Shown here in pieces: positions 12,801 through 26,441 of a stretch of DNA of 64,000 nt (positions are counted from its first letter, which is position 1; every line of letters begins with the position of its first letter). The stretch is from Camelus dromedarius (lineage: Eukaryota): assembly GCF_036321535.1 (NCBI RefSeq), contig NC_087437.1, positions 117,554,001-117,618,000 on the forward strand, given 5' to 3'. The notes beneath the pieces are model-generated. The model made no database searches. It had not been told where the DNA came from and saw nothing but the letters and a program-made list of their open reading frames with translations. Both the position numbers and the translations under genes were made by a program.

Positions 12801-13472
12801 GGGCTTGTTGCCTGGGAGTCCAGAGGGGAAATCACATGCTATTTCTTGGTGGAGGCCGTGGAAAGGAAAGAAGGTACAATGTCCAGAATCTGAACGGGAT
12901 TGTTACTAGCCGGGAACATGTGATAACAAATAATGGAACTATTTCAACAAAATGGGTGAAAGTGAAAAATACGGCCTTTTATAGGGACAAACTGTATTTC
13001 TAACCAGCTGATGGCCAAACATGGAAAGAGGGCTTATTTCTCTGGATGTTTCAGTAGTGTGCATTCGGTTTGCAACAACCTGCCCTGCAGGTGACTGGCC
13101 TCCAGGCGAGGGCAGGTGTAGACAACAATGGCCCGTGCATGATGGGAACACAAAGCAGTGGGTGGCCTCCTAGGGCTGAAATGGGCACACCTGTGCACAT
13201 GAAGAGGCTGCTGTCAGCTCTCCCTTCACCCCTAAAATTAAATTGTTACTGTGGTTTTGCAGCCAGAAAGTATTCCAATTTTCTTTTGAAACTTGATAAC
13301 CATTTCCCGTGTGGGTCTGGGAGCTGTCACCGGGTTCCCTGCCTCTTTGGAATCGTGTGTGAAGTTGCCGGCATGTACCTTCTCCAGCCCTGCGGCAATC
13401 GAATGTTGAGTTGCAGCTACTTCTTAAAAATGTCTCACTGGCATTTTCTACAAATCCAGCCCGGTGACATCT

Positions 13473-13634
13473 CCTTTTTTTTTTTTTTTTTTTAGTAATT
13501 TTGTTTGCTTGTTTGTTTGCAGTGGGGAGGTAATTAAGTTTCTTTGGTTTTTCAGTGGAGGTACTGGGGATTGAACCCAGGACTTTGTGCTTGCTAAGCA
13601 TGGGCTCTACCACGTGAGCTATACCCTCTCCCCA
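13473..13634 (-). mobile_element. tRNA-Ala-derived SINE (vic-1-like), full length with poly(A)
   Basis: tRNA-Ala-like head, ggggaggtaatt tail segment and T-run at 13475-13493; 16-bp TSD cagccc(g/a)gtga(c/t)atct at 13457-13472 and 13635-13650. Confidence 0.92.
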
Positions 13635-16600
13635 CAGCCCAGTGATATCTTAAATGACAGCAGGGTGTGTAGGAATTGCACTATAATTTTGAAGTTATAA
13701 GCCAGATCTGTGTATGGAAGGCCCGAATGGGGTCTTAGAAGACGTACTGAGACTCGTGCAAAAAAGATACTGTCTTTGTCTTTTCACACACCTCAGATTT
13801 GAACAAAACAAAACAAAACAAAAAAATCTTGCCAATTACATATCTGGGCGGAAGCAGCCTGTTAAGCTGCCCTGGCCATTCCCAGCTGGCGGAGGAGAGC
13901 TCCCTGCCGTGTCGTGCCTCAGCGCAGCTTAAAGTGACTTCAGCAAAAGGTCAGATGCCGCCGCTCCAGGGAACCCTTCTATTCTCTAACAGACTGATGT
14001 TAGACACTTTCCCTCTAACGTTCTACCTAAATTGGTTTCTCTCATCCGTTTCTTGTCATCAGCCTCTATTTAATGCTCCCTTGAGCTGCTGCAACCAAAA
14101 AGGGCATTTTCTCACTGCTTCCATTTTTGATCTAGAAAGAAATGCTTCCACTACCTCTGTGAATAATTAGAATGCTTCAAAGGATGATCTTTCAAGGCTG
14201 GTCCTTTGAAAAAATATGTTTTATTAAAAAAATTATTTCAGAGTTGAATCATCATTCATCCTGTTGCCTGACACTGGAATTTGAGGCGGGGGCGGGGGTT
14301 GGAGTTCTTGAAATGAAAATATTCTGCTTGAGTTTTGGTTTATAAGAGCTTCTGGATGGGGGGCTTGGTGGCCCCCCTGTCACACTGTCACACGAAAGGT
14401 CTTGGCTAAGCAGTGGTGGTGGCTGTCCGACCAGGCACAGCCCACATCTGAATTCTTCGCCTGAATCTGTAGGAGTCTGGACTTCAGCAGTTGTCCACTT
14501 GCTGGAAAAACGTTCTTCCATGTCTCCTTGGGATTCATTGTCAGCACATTATTATCAAATAATGCTTAAAATTAAAACCCAAACTCTACCGTGAGCTCAT
14601 CCTTCTGACACCGAGGTGCTGTTTGTGGTTCGGCTCCCTAGCCCAGAAACCACATAACTTTATTTTTTCTTGGGTGTTTGATTTGATTCTCTTTTTACAA
14701 ATATATGAGCCTGTCTTCCTGGTAAGTACGATAACAAAGCCCGAACCTTAAAAGGACTCGCCTCCAAAAAGCGCTTTCCAGCAAATCAACATGGGTCTGG
14801 CTGTGAGCCCTTAAGAAAGTATCACTTTAGAAAAAAGCAAATAGAAGCAATGTTTTTGCCTGAAATCTGCAAAAGGGAACATGGAAGGGAGACTGAGGCT
14901 GTGGGGCCAGGGGGCTGTGCATGCAGTTTAAACCCACAGAACAGCAGTTTCTGGAACTGAATGCAGGTCTCTGTTTACACGGAAATACACATTTATGAAC
15001 AAAGGCACACGCCTCTGTGAAGAGCCCACCCTCGTCCTTCGGATATTTCAACGTGGACTGCCTGGTCATGGTCAGAACGTTTGGAGGGCATTTTAAAATA
15101 TGGTAAGTCGGGGATGGACGTAGTCTCATCTGTTTCTGCTCCTCTTTTTTTTTTTCTGTTGCAAAGGAAAAGGGTAAGGAATGAGGTGATGCATGACGGA
15201 TGGGGGGTGGGTAGTCAAGGCTGACTGCAGTCCTGGGTTTGAAATGTTGAGCAGTAGCGAGCATTAATCAGCCCGGCTGCATCCGGACCTGCCTCTAGCT
15301 TTGCTTCACAGACCCCCTTTCAAAGCATCAGAGCTTTGCACCCAAAGTCAAATTCTTTATACACAACGGGCGCATCTGCCCGATAGCCTTGTGCGTCTAA
15401 GAAAGCTTGTAATCCCTGAAAATCCACAAAGGGAAACACCTGTCTGCCTGGATTAGAGGCACAGGGCTGAAGAGCCGGAAAGAGAATGTGTCCGGCAAGA
15501 TAGCACAGCCCCTCGGCTCAGCTGCTGGCAGGGGTCCAGGAAGGATGCAGAGGAGCTGATCGGGGCTGATGCTCGATGCTGGTGCACTGCTGGAGAAAGT
15601 ACCTCTAATCTGGCAGTGCTGCAGAGAGCACAGGGAAGGAGAAGAGTCTGAAAACAGCTTTGGTCCCTTTCTGGCATCCTTGTGATGATTTTTCAACCCA
15701 CATTGCTGTTTGCTTTCCAAGGCATTCACAGAGCCTGACTAATTCCATGAGAGCCCTAAGGCTTTCTGGCCTTTCTTCTTATCAGCCTTTTTCCTCCTGC
15801 ACTGAGTCCCCGGAATGCAGTCCATCTGCCTGAGATCCTACTTTTCCGCTTTAAAGTCAAACTCTCTAGAATGATGGGGTGAGGGGAGGTGGGCACTCAA
15901 TGTTCTCAAGTCAAGTTTTTTATATTAATTAGGTGAACTAATTCTCCTTCAAGGCTACCTGAACATGTCCTGGGATTATGATTGCATTTGACTTTTCTTT
16001 CTATTTCAAACTGGGGAACTTTAGAAAATCCTCTATGGTGGTGAAATTTGCAGAGTTTAATCCTTTAAAACTGGTACTTTGGAGTTTAGAAGCTGGGGCC
16101 AACATGAGTCTGAGAAGGTTTCGCCCTTCTGAAAAGACAGGAAAACACTCAAATTATTCCAATGCTCTGAAAGGAAGAAAAAAGATGGACTTGGAGCAGA
16201 ATGAAGGGAAGGGACTAAAACCTGGTTGGAGAGAATGCCTTCCTAGGAGCTGCACCTATTATTTCACATTTATTTCCTAGATTTTCAAACACATGAAAAT
16301 CTATACACTTTCCAAATCTGTAAGGGGATGGGTGTGGAGGAAAAACTGATGCCCCAGGAGAAGAAAAAGAATAAATGAAGCAGGGAAGACGGAGAGTGAT
16401 GGTTGGCAAAGGTTACAGGATATAGAAGCAATATTTCTGTAGGAAAAAAAACCCAAGATTTTTTTAAAAGTACTAAGTTCTATAAAGAAATGGCCATCTG
16501 TGTCAGAAACTGGGCAACTGTGTATATCAGAAGAATGATCATATAGTTAAGGGAAGAAAATGAAGCCATACTGTGCACAGGGATGTATATTTGAATTTCT

Positions 16601-16656
16601 GTTATCAGCCTAAAATGAAATGTTCTCAAATGAATTACATTTATTATAACATATAT

Positions 16657-17115
16657 GTCAGTAGATGAGGTTCATCTACAAGAAGCTGAAACTCTGAAAT
16701 AACAATTGCTTAAAACAATAAAATTTATCCAACTCTCATATAAAAGGAGTCCAGAGGTAGGTAGTTAAGGGCAGTCAGAATAATTTCAAGGAGCATTTCA
16801 AGTATTACTGTTTTGCCATCCTCAGCATAAGACTTTCAACCTATGATCCAAAATGGCTGCCGGAGCACCAGCCATTACATCTGCATTCCAATTAGTGTGA
16901 AACAGGAATAAGTAAAAAGGGCTAAGGGTGTCTGTCAGCTTTCTTTTAATGAGATTTCTTTCTTTTTAACCCACATCATATTGACTAGAATCTAGGTCAC
17001 CAAATAGCAAGAAGGATGGAAACTTCATTCTGGGTAACTGTGTCCTCAGTCCCAAATCAGAGGTTTTTATAAGAAAAAGGGGGTAAGTAAAGGCAAGGAA
17101 TAGTCTTGACCACAA
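16657..17115 (-). mobile_element. Old MaLR LTR (MLT1J/L-like)
   Basis: Motifs gccatcctcagcat and caaaatggctgccggagcaccagccattacatctgcattcca are typical of the MLT1J group. Confidence 0.6.
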
Positions 17116-18292
17116 CACATTTCAGCTAGTGGAGTTTCCTGAGCACTTACATACCTTGCTGGCTTGTGTGGAGTGCAGGTCTAAGGTGTTAGGTGACTGA
17201 TTTGTTCTCCATCCTCCCCTCACCCCCCCGGTCAGCTTCAAGTCTTCACAGCGGGAAGGGGGACAACTGTGGCTTTTCTGAGTGGTTTACTGTTAAGGAA
17301 GTTAGCTGCTGATCCCTGGGAAGGAATTTTCATTCTTTCCATGTGCTCAGAAGAGGAAAGAAACATTTGACGAGTTATCCTCACCTCCAAAAGGGTTCTT
17401 ATTTACCTCCTTTTCTTCAAGTTATTCTCCAGGATGTACTAAAGAATTTTCTATGCAGGTAAAATGAAAGCCCCCATCTGATCTCAAAACACATGGCATC
17501 GTTCTTTACCTTCCATAGCATCCCTCTCCTCCGCAGCCCCGTGTAAGCTCGGTGTGCCTGTGGGAGACGATGGCTCAGAAAACAGAAGCAACTCTTGCTA
17601 GATTCAGTGGAAAGGGGTAACTACAGGGAATCCATGCCTTACAGAATTCCTGCATGGCCAGGACCAATGAATACAGAAACACTCGACCACACAGCAAGTT
17701 GTTCTAGCAGAAGCCCCACTACTGTCGCTGCTGCCTGGCCCATGACACTGGGCCCAGGACAATGGATGTCCGCCTGCTGCCCCAGAGAGACCCAGTCGAT
17801 GCCTCTGCCTCTGTGCTTGCCAGAGGTGGGAGCTTCCTGTGTCTGGTTGCCTCCCCTGGGAGCTCACTTCTGCCCTCTCAGATCCTGCCCCAGGGCACCT
17901 GTTTGGCTGGCCCTACACCTGGGCAGCCAAATTCTACTCCCAGGACACCTGTGGTGGAGGGAAAAGATGGAAGGAGAGGGAACTGGGCGAGCCCGTCGGC
18001 AGGTCCCCGTCTTGGGTGATAGCCCCGCATCGCTCATTGTCATTCACACGATGCACACAGCCAGTGCGTGCTCTTCTTGCGCCTCTAAACATCTTGAGAG
18101 AGAAACAAGCCTCGATACATTCTCTCCCCTATTTCAAACCCAAGGGAGGAATGCGAACCTCAGAAAAGCAAATCTGACCTCGCTCAGTCAGTTGGAACTT
18201 GAATTTGAGCCTTGTCTAGTGAAGCTGTTTCGCATCATACCTCACCTGCTTGTCTGTTTTTTCCCCCTAGAAGGTGCAGGCATTTTGGCTAC

Positions 18293-18665
18293 TGTTATGA
18301 GCTGCATTGTGTCCCCTCCTAAAATTCATATGTTGAAGCCCTAACACCTAGTGCTTCAGAATGTGACTGGATATAGAAATCTTTAAAGAGGCAATTAAGG
18401 TAAAATGAGGTCATTAGGGTGGGCTTTAATCCAAGGTGCCTGGTGTCCTTATAAGAAGAAATTGGGGCACAGACACCCACAGAGGGAAGACACAAGGAGA
18501 AGACAGCCGCCCACTTTCCAAGGAGGGAGGCCTCAGAGGAGCCTGGCTCTCAGCACCGTGACCTTGGACTTCCGGCTTCCTGGACTGTGTGAGGATAAAT
18601 TCCTGTTGTTTAGGACGACCAGCAGCCTGTGGTGTTTGTTAAGGCAGCCCCAGCGGACTGAAACA
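18293..18665 (+). mobile_element. MaLR LTR (MLT1B-like)
   Basis: tgttatgagctgcattgtgtccc...aaaattcatatgttgaagccctaac...gtccttataagaaga...ttgttaaggcagcccc...aaaca. Confidence 0.85.
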
Positions 18666-18728
18666 ACTAGGAGCCAGCTTTGCCTTTCCAATAGGAAAAC
18701 TACTTTTTTTGATGATATTTGTATCTTT

Positions 18729-18821
18729 AAAAATCTTTTAAACTAATTTATTTTTCAATAGAAGTACAGTCAGTTGCAATGTGTCAGTCCCTGGTGTGCA
18801 GCACAATGTCCCAGTCATACA
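18729..18821 (-). mobile_element. Very short L1 3' end
   Basis: gaagtacagtcagttgcaatgtgtcagtccctggtgtgcagcacaatgtccc; TSD-like ttgta(t/c)cttt at 18719-18728 and 18822-18831. Confidence 0.7.
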
Positions 18822-20184
18822 TTGTACCTTTTTTTGTCCTCTTCCTAGACTTAGTGAGTTTGGGGGAAGTTTTGATCCATCAGTGTTTATTCTTTTTCAT
18901 TGATCCCCCCAGATGTGCACTCATCTGATTACCTGCATGCCGCAGCGGGGTGGGCATCTTTTCTGAACAAGGGGCATCCACAGAGGGGTGGGAGAAACAA
19001 GATAATGGGAGTCAGGGGACCTGGAGGGTTGGCAGGAAGCTGTCGCTCTCAGCTGATGCAGTGAGGCTTTGCAGCCACACAACCCTACGTGAACCGTGGA
19101 GAACATGGCCTCTCTTTTAGGACGAAAGAGAATTTCTCTCTCTCGGTAAAAACTGTGAGGACCGAAAGGGCGCTAACTTGGGAAATGGGAAACTGAGAGA
19201 GATGGCAAATGGGTTTTCATTTGGTGCGAGAACACGGTGGAGGCAGAAAGCCCCCTTGCTGGCTAATGCCTGACCCCGCTCATTAATCTCTGCCACTTAG
19301 CAGAGACCTGGAAAATTGCAATTCTCTGCACCAGCAGCCTCCGTTCAATAAATCTCCAGCCAGCGGGCAGGAGCGAGAAACCGCCCGGAGCGCGGAGCTG
19401 GGCGCCAGCCTGCTGGGATTCCTCACTCCGGCCCAGCAGAGTTAAAACGCCCACTGTTTCAGCTCGGGAACGACTGTCTGAAAGCTCTGTGGCCTCCCCA
19501 TGTTTATTTCCAGCTTTTTCCAGAACGTGATTTTCTTGACGTTTCTTTAAATGGATGCTCCATGCCATCATCGTTAGGAACTAGATACACCAGTTTATGA
19601 CTGTTTTTCCTCTGCAGGAGTGAACCTTTTCCCTAACACTAGATGCCTTGTTCTCTGCGTGGATTGTGATCCCACTTGAGGCTTAAGGGATAAAAATTCC
19701 AATGTCTTACTTGTCCCTTTGCTTTCCCTGCCTGGAGGGCTGGGTGGGTCCTTGCAAAGGAAGCCACACTGGCCCTGGTGCGGAGGGGGCGGGCGGCCAG
19801 CCCCGGGGCCGGGAGCCCAAGCCCTCAGGTGTCAAGGACAGCAGATGTGGAAGACGTGCACTCTTTGCAACTTAACATTTCACGTTGAAAGAAGGTAGGG
19901 CATTCTGCGAAACTTGGCATGGAAACACCCTATTTGCAAGTCATACTTAAGTTAAATGACTGTTATTTCTTGATGGCGTGCTAAAATTCAGGTCCTTTTA
20001 TAGTACGCTCTGTGCTTTGCCTCCTAATCAAGGCGAACTCCTACTCAGCACAATTATATCCCAATTTACTGCTTATGTGCGAATTTCTGATCTACAGGAT
20101 TAGGCCTTAGGAGGTAATTTGTGTCTATAAAATAAGCCTTAAAATATGGAGGGTTATAAGCATGTAAACGAAAGCCATTACCTC

Positions 20185-20228
20185 TGTGTGTGTGTGTGTG
20201 TCTGCGTGTGTGTGTGTGTGTGTGTGTG
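20185..20228. repeat. (TG)n microsatellite, interrupted
   Basis: Seen directly. Confidence 0.9.
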
Positions 20229-21284
20229 CTCACACGCCCCTGTGTTCACGACTTACTGCCAGTATGACTAGGCAATGACTTTACATCATTGTAAGCATAG
20301 AAACAAATATATTTGATATATTTGAGTTCCTGTGATCAAGCGTGTGGCTCGACATGATGTATTTTAGAACGACGCTGGATTTCAAACTTTTAAAATCCTA
20401 CCCGGAGTTGTTGCAGGTCCATGAATAGCGCTGCTATGCCCGGGACGACCGGATGTCTGTTAATTTCCGAAGAATTTATGCTAATGAGTTGAAGTCTGCC
20501 ACTTAGATTATAAATGCATGGGTGAAAAATAGTTTTTTCAAAAAGTGAAGAATAATTTTTCAAAAAGTGTTGTTTCTCGGGGGGGAAGGGCACCTGCCAC
20601 CCCTCCCACCCTGGCAGGTGGGCCTTAGGCTCCCCTGGGGGACAGGCCTCTGCCCCACATCCGCCTCCGTCCCAGAGGCCGGACCTGACCACTTAAAGCA
20701 TGCACACCCGCTCTCCCGCTTAGCACCCTGCTTTCTTCGTGGAATTTCAGAAATTCTGTTACTTATCCGTGCATTTACCTTCTAATTTTTTTTTTCCCAG
20801 GAGAGCAGGGTCTTGTGTGTGTCCCCAGCTCTCTCCCAGCTCCTAAGACAGTGAAGGGCCCAGTCAAGACATTCCAGGCCATTTGCTGAGTGATGGAATT
20901 GGGTGTAAATTCTCCTGGACCGCCTGGTAAACGGGCAGATTTTCCAAGCTGGTAGACCATACCATGTGTTTCCACTTGGACTGTTTAAGTTTCTTTTCTC
21001 CCCTGAGCCACGTGAACTGGTCCACACAGAAGGCTGTCCTCCTGGCCTATGTCTAAGGAACTGCAAGTAATGATAGACCAGGGAAGAAAAACAAGATTTG
21101 GAGCAAGACAGGAATTCTGAATCAGCCGTTGGCCGCCACTCACCGGATGCTCTCTGGCAAGGCACATTACCATCTCTGCGCCTTTGTAAAATGGGGACAG
21201 TGGATGTTTCCTGCAGATGCCAGATGAGACACAGAATACAAAGCTCCTTTAAAACCTATAAGGCCCCGAAATTAGATTAGGGGC

Positions 21285-21650
21285 TATTATGAACTGAGCT
21301 GTGTCTCCTCCCAAATATATACACTGAAGTCCTAACCCCCAGGACCCCAGAATGTGACTGTATTTGGATATAGGGTCCTTAAAGAGATGATTCAGTTAAA
21401 ATGAGATCGTTAGAGTGGGTTCTAATCCAATCTAACTGGCGTCCTTAAGGAAGAGGAAGAGACCAGTTCATGTGAGAACATGGCCAGAAAGCGGCTACTG
21501 AAGCCAAGGAAGGGAGCCTCAGGAGGAACCACGTCATCTGAAACCTTGGTCTCGGGCTTCCAGGCTCCAGGATTTGGGGAAAATAAGTGTCTGTTGTTTA
21601 GGGCACCCAGTCTGTGGCATTTTGTCATGGCAGCCCTGCAGATTCCTAAA
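21285..21650 (+). mobile_element. MaLR LTR (MLT1B-like)
   Basis: gaagtcctaacccccagg...agaatgtgactgtatttggatatagggtcc...gtctgtggcattttgtcatggcagccc; similar to the copy at 18293. Confidence 0.85.
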
Positions 21651-23539
21651 GGTGCCCAGGAAGAGCCGGCTGGTGGGCTGTAAGGCTGATCTGATGACCT
21701 CTCCTCTAGTGCTAGACTGTGTGTTTATCAGAATCAGGTCACGCCAACGGGACTTTAGTGCATCAGACCGTTTTCCTGTTCGATGGATTTTCATGACCAC
21801 ATCAGAGACGCGTAATATCCATTTGGGATTGTCTTCACCGCGTAGTAATTCCTTCCTCCAATATTTGCGATTCTCTACTTTTCATTTGCTGTCAAATGGT
21901 CCGTAAAAGAAAATCCACTTACGTCTGTGAGGGAGGAGCTCTTTAATGCTCCATGAAGACTGGTTCTTATTACAGTGACCTCTTTAAGAAGGGCTACCTG
22001 AACATTTCTCTTATGATGTCGTAAAATGCCAAACAGCAGAGCCATTTCCTGTCTCGGCTTCTGCAAGGAAAAGGCAATAGTATTCCAGGAAAGTGGCATG
22101 AGAAACACCTAGAGCCGTGCAGGATGTAACTCTGAACAGGACTGGGTTGCTTCCTGGTGGGGAGGTTGTGGCATTTCCGAGTCCTCAGATGTCCCGAGCC
22201 CCAGGGAGCGCCGTTTCTCCACTGGGCTCTGGTTGTCGGCAGAGCTCTGTGCTTTGGTTGTTTGAGGGAGTTTCTGCCCTTCAAAGGCAGGAAGGTCTGG
22301 TGGCTTGGGGCTGCTTTGCAGCTTGCCTTTTGTTCTGCGAGAGAAGACGGTTGGTGACATAGATGGATAAAGGAGAGGTAGACAGTGTGGACCGTGTCTG
22401 CTGCCCTGCCTGACAGATCCTGGTCCTCACATCCGTAGACTGCCTGGTGTCTTCGGGACCCAGTGCTCCAGGTAACAGACCTGGCAGTCTGGGTGAAGTC
22501 TGAAGGGCACGTGGGGGCCCTGCCCCTCAGGCACACAGAACATGGCCGTTTGGGGGTCCTTCTCACACCTCCTGAGCCATACAGTCAGGAAGCTGTTTTC
22601 CCTCCCATTCTCCAGGGCGGTTAGCAAGCCCTCTCTATATTAAATCAGCCGACGGGAATGGATAATCTCTAGACCATTCTCCTGGTCAGCTTCAGAGCCC
22701 CCTCACGGTGGGGACACACAGAAATGATAAACTTCCAGAGCCCGAGAGAGCTACGAAGGACAGCAGCCATGCGCGGTCCTGAGCAGTTTACAAAGCACAC
22801 CGGCGAAACACTGCCCGCTTGGGCTGGGAAACCACCGCCAGGAACTGAGTGCCAGTGCGTTTTCCCTTCAGGCGGGGAGTGCTAAGTAAAACTGTCAGGT
22901 GCAGCCCACCCCGGCCACATGTGAGCCGGCAGACGTCTTCATGAAGCGGCAGCAGAGGATGGGGGTGGGGGTGGGCCGCAGCGCGATCCGGCACGAGGAC
23001 GGCTGTGTCCCCGGCACGGCTCGCTCTGATCCGCCGCCCCTTCTGCTGGGGCCGCTGTGCTGAGCCGGGCGCCCCAGCCGCGGAGACCAGTCTCAGCCCT
23101 CTTTTGCGCCTGTCCCGGGTGCCCAGCCACAGGACTCGGGAGTCGTGGGCTGCACCGGTCTTTAGGCGTAGGAGTCTCCGTGTCCTGCTCTGCTGAGCAG
23201 TGACCATCCCAACACAAGCCCAGCGAATGCCACCCACCACCCCAGAGCCTGGGCGGGGCCTGAAACTGCCGCACCCCTGCCTGGCTGTGTTTGATGGTTG
23301 CGTGGCCAGAACGGGAAAGCATTCCTTTCCCCTTTGCAATGGGGCCTGAGCTTCCGAGAGTCTCACCGCTGAGCAGACACAGGGCTCCGGCCAGGCCAGA
23401 GAACCACGTGATGGCCCACATCCTTCTCTGGCAGGGCAAGTCCTGCCCAACACCACTGGGCCCGCGTTTAATTTACACCATGGCCTTGATCTGCATGTGA
23501 CGCTGGTGGCTGGGGGAGCAGGCTTTTAAAAAATAATTT

Positions 23540-23650
23540 TACTTCTCCATTTTTGAGATGAGCAAACTGAGACCCAGAGAAGCTAGGAACTTTCCCGAGG
23601 TCACAGAGCAGGCAGAGACACCCCCCAGTCCACCCTGAACCCACACACCT
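23540..23650 (-). mobile_element. MIR SINE core
   Basis: ccatttttgagatgagcaaactgagacccagaga...cccgaggtcacagagc. Confidence 0.7.
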
Positions 23651-25899
23651 GATTCTGCTGGCTGCCTCACCTGGGTTGGGAGGGTCTGAGTGTTGGGGGG
23701 AGTCAGCCTCGCCCCCCCAGGAGGCCAGAGGGCGCTGTCTGCATGATGTGAGGCCTGCCTTCCATTTACCCCTCACCCTGGCGCTGGGGGCAGGCGCTGT
23801 CCTAGGCTTGCAAGGGCCAGAGCTCCCTGGCGTGGGAACCACCGTCACCGGGGAAGGTGCCCACCTCTGCACCCCTGTGTGCTCCGTCTCCCCGCCAGGG
23901 CCCTGACCGTTTCCTGCAGCCCTTCAGACAGCGCCTTCTGATGTCATTCCACGTGGCCGTGTCTCCCAGCCGGGAGAGAGGCCTCCCAGCTTCTTCCCTG
24001 TGTCCCCGTCCCCTGTGGGCGGTGCTCCCTGTGTCCTGGCCACGGAACTTCTTAGTCTCCTCCTTTCGAGGCCTGGACGCCTGGAAATATAACAGTCACC
24101 ACCAAGGGCCACTGGTGTGGCCCTTCGGGTGAAGGCCTGCACTGGACAGCTGCCTGTCTCATTAATGAATGGACTCACTTGTCATTATTGGTGACCCATT
24201 GAACACCTGCTCTGTCCTGTGCTAGCCGCTAGAACCAGACAGATGAAGTCTGGGACTTTATGGAGCTCACGCTGTGGTGGGGTGATGGACCACAAACCAG
24301 GGAGGAGAGCAAGAAGTGAAATCGGATGGTGACTGCTCCGAGAGGAACCCTAGTGTGGGGACAGGGGATGGGGTGCGCCCTGCAGGGGCCACACCCCCCA
24401 GGACCCTTTCTGTCCCCAGCAGGCGTGGCTGAGGTTCTGCCTCTGGGCTTCAGCTGGTGCTGCCGGTGGGCACCCCAGCTCTGCCCTGGAGGGATGGGGA
24501 GGGGACCTCTCATACGGCTACCCTGCACCCCTCTGTTGCCACCATCGCCCCAGGTCGTGGGAGGGGAGCCTCGGCAGGCAGCTTGATGCCTGGGATTTGT
24601 GCAGGGCCTGGGGCTCTGTGGCCCTGGCTGGCTCCCTCCAGACACCCTCCTCCATCGTCCCTTTGCTCCTGCTGAGTCTGGGGTGCTCAGAGCTCTGCTT
24701 TTCTAGCTCTCAGGACCACATGGACCATCTTCCGGCCTTAACATCGTTTGCATTCAGCCCTGTGACACTGAATCTAATTCGTTGTCCCTTCTCCACCACC
24801 ATCGGGTCCCCCTCCTGCTTTGCACATCCCTGGTCAGCTCAGAGGAAGGACTAACAACTGCAGACCATCCCCCAAGAAATGCTTGACTCTACAAAGTAAA
24901 GGGAAAGTAACGATTCCCGAAATATTAGTGGTTTCTGTTTTAAACCCTGGAACATTTTTTCAAATGAGGAAGCAGTTGATGTATCACTTTTGGCTGAAGA
25001 TATTAGTTTAAGACATAATTGTGAAATTCACTTTTATGACCCGTCCTTACTGTCTCATTATATATTCCCTAAATATACATAATTTTCTGCCTCTTCATTC
25101 ATCATTTGTCAAAAAATAATATTGGCTGTTTTCTTCGATTATCATAAAAGGGAAAAGATGAACCAGGCCGTTCCGCAGCCTCAGGCTGCAGCCACATTTT
25201 AAATCTGAAAGAGAAATCTCCCGTTGCTTTTCGAATCAGAGCTCGTTCTGCCCCTTTGCAGCCATGGGACCACAGACGCAAGGGTTCCTTTGGGAGGAAA
25301 AGGACTTGGGACTCCAAGCCTCTTATGCCAATTCCTGGTGCAGAAGGTCCGGCCCTTCCTCCCTGGCCTGGGCAGGGGAGCTGGGGTAATTTGCACTTCA
25401 GGTTTGCCAGGTACGGGAGCTCCAGTCCCAGGCTCGTGGGATAACGTTAGGGAAATATTTTTAAAGGATGGACTTGAGCCTCAGGAAACTTGTCCCTCCC
25501 AGTGGTCCTGCCCCTCAGTAGAATCTCTGAGGAAAGCGCCCTGCGGTATGGATTGAAAGGCGAACAGCTACCCGATGCCATGAAAGACAACCCCACGTAT
25601 TCTCTGTATCGTCTGGGATCTCATGGGTTAAAACAGATCACCCCAAGTAGTCCCTAGACATCAGCGCACTCAAAATCTCTGCGCTTGTGAGCCTCGGCAG
25701 TCAATCTAGGACAGAGGAAAACAGTTCTACTGATTTAGGTGATTTAGGTCACGGACTGATCGGTCCTGCGAGGATTATAAAGTCCTCCCTTCCCAGATGG
25801 AGGCGGGGTTGGAAGGCTTGGGCGCAACCTGCTTGGTCTCTGGGAAAATTGAGAGCAGCCTGCTGAAGGGTCTGCAGAGGAAATCAGGCAGCCAGAGGC

Positions 25900-25968
25900 A
25901 TCTATCTGTCATCTGTCTGTCTGTCTGTCTGTTTGTCTGCCTATCTATCTACCTGCCGACCTACCTAT
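25900..25968. repeat. (TCTG)n/(TCTA)n/(CCTA)n compound tetranucleotide repeat
   Basis: Seen directly. Confidence 0.8.
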
Positions 25969-26441
25969 AGAGAGAGAATAGGACAGAGTTAGCAGGAGAG
26001 AAGGAACCTGCCTCACTTATATGTAATCCCAGTGTCCTGACCCTCTGTGCCGGGCGTCCTGCCTGAGCACTGTCCTCCAGAGGCACTGAGACAGGCTGTG
26101 AAGGATTGGACCACATTTAGGTTCAGTGATGAACTCATGCTGTCTGGTGACAAAGTCAGGAATAGAGCCCTGTCCCTGCTCCCTGGCTGGGCTTCTTCTC
26201 CTGCCTCAAATGCCCCTGATTCTGCCGTCCCCAAGCTGGACGTGCCCTCATGCTGTGGGGCCCCTCTGCTCCAGATGTGGAAGCCCAGGGTGTCTATGTT
26301 GCTCTCAGCCCAGGTACCAAGCGGTGGGTTCTGGCCCCCAGTTCTTCCTTGAATTAACTTGAGGGCCTTGCTTGTTACTTCATCTCAAGTCAAGTAGCTG
26401 GATCTCCGTTCTGACTGTATCCTGGAATCATGTGAGAGCCT

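Noticed and set aside
16095..16114. ggggccaacATGAGTctgag, resembling the PCP4 start context (ATG AGT GAG)
   Set aside because: The third codon is not GAG, no donor follows, and no middle exon was found downstream; treated as chance.
17595..18344. 249-aa ORF
   Set aside because: No recognisable domain, it runs into an MLT1 LTR, and chance ORFs are common in GC-rich intron sequence.
22788..23456. 222-aa minus-strand ORF and overlapping ORFs
   Set aside because: Explained by high GC and few stop codons; no protein similarity recognised.
23793..23812. REST/NRSE-like half site (GGACAGCGCC on the minus strand)
   Set aside because: The left half (TTCAGCACC) is absent; insufficient for a call.
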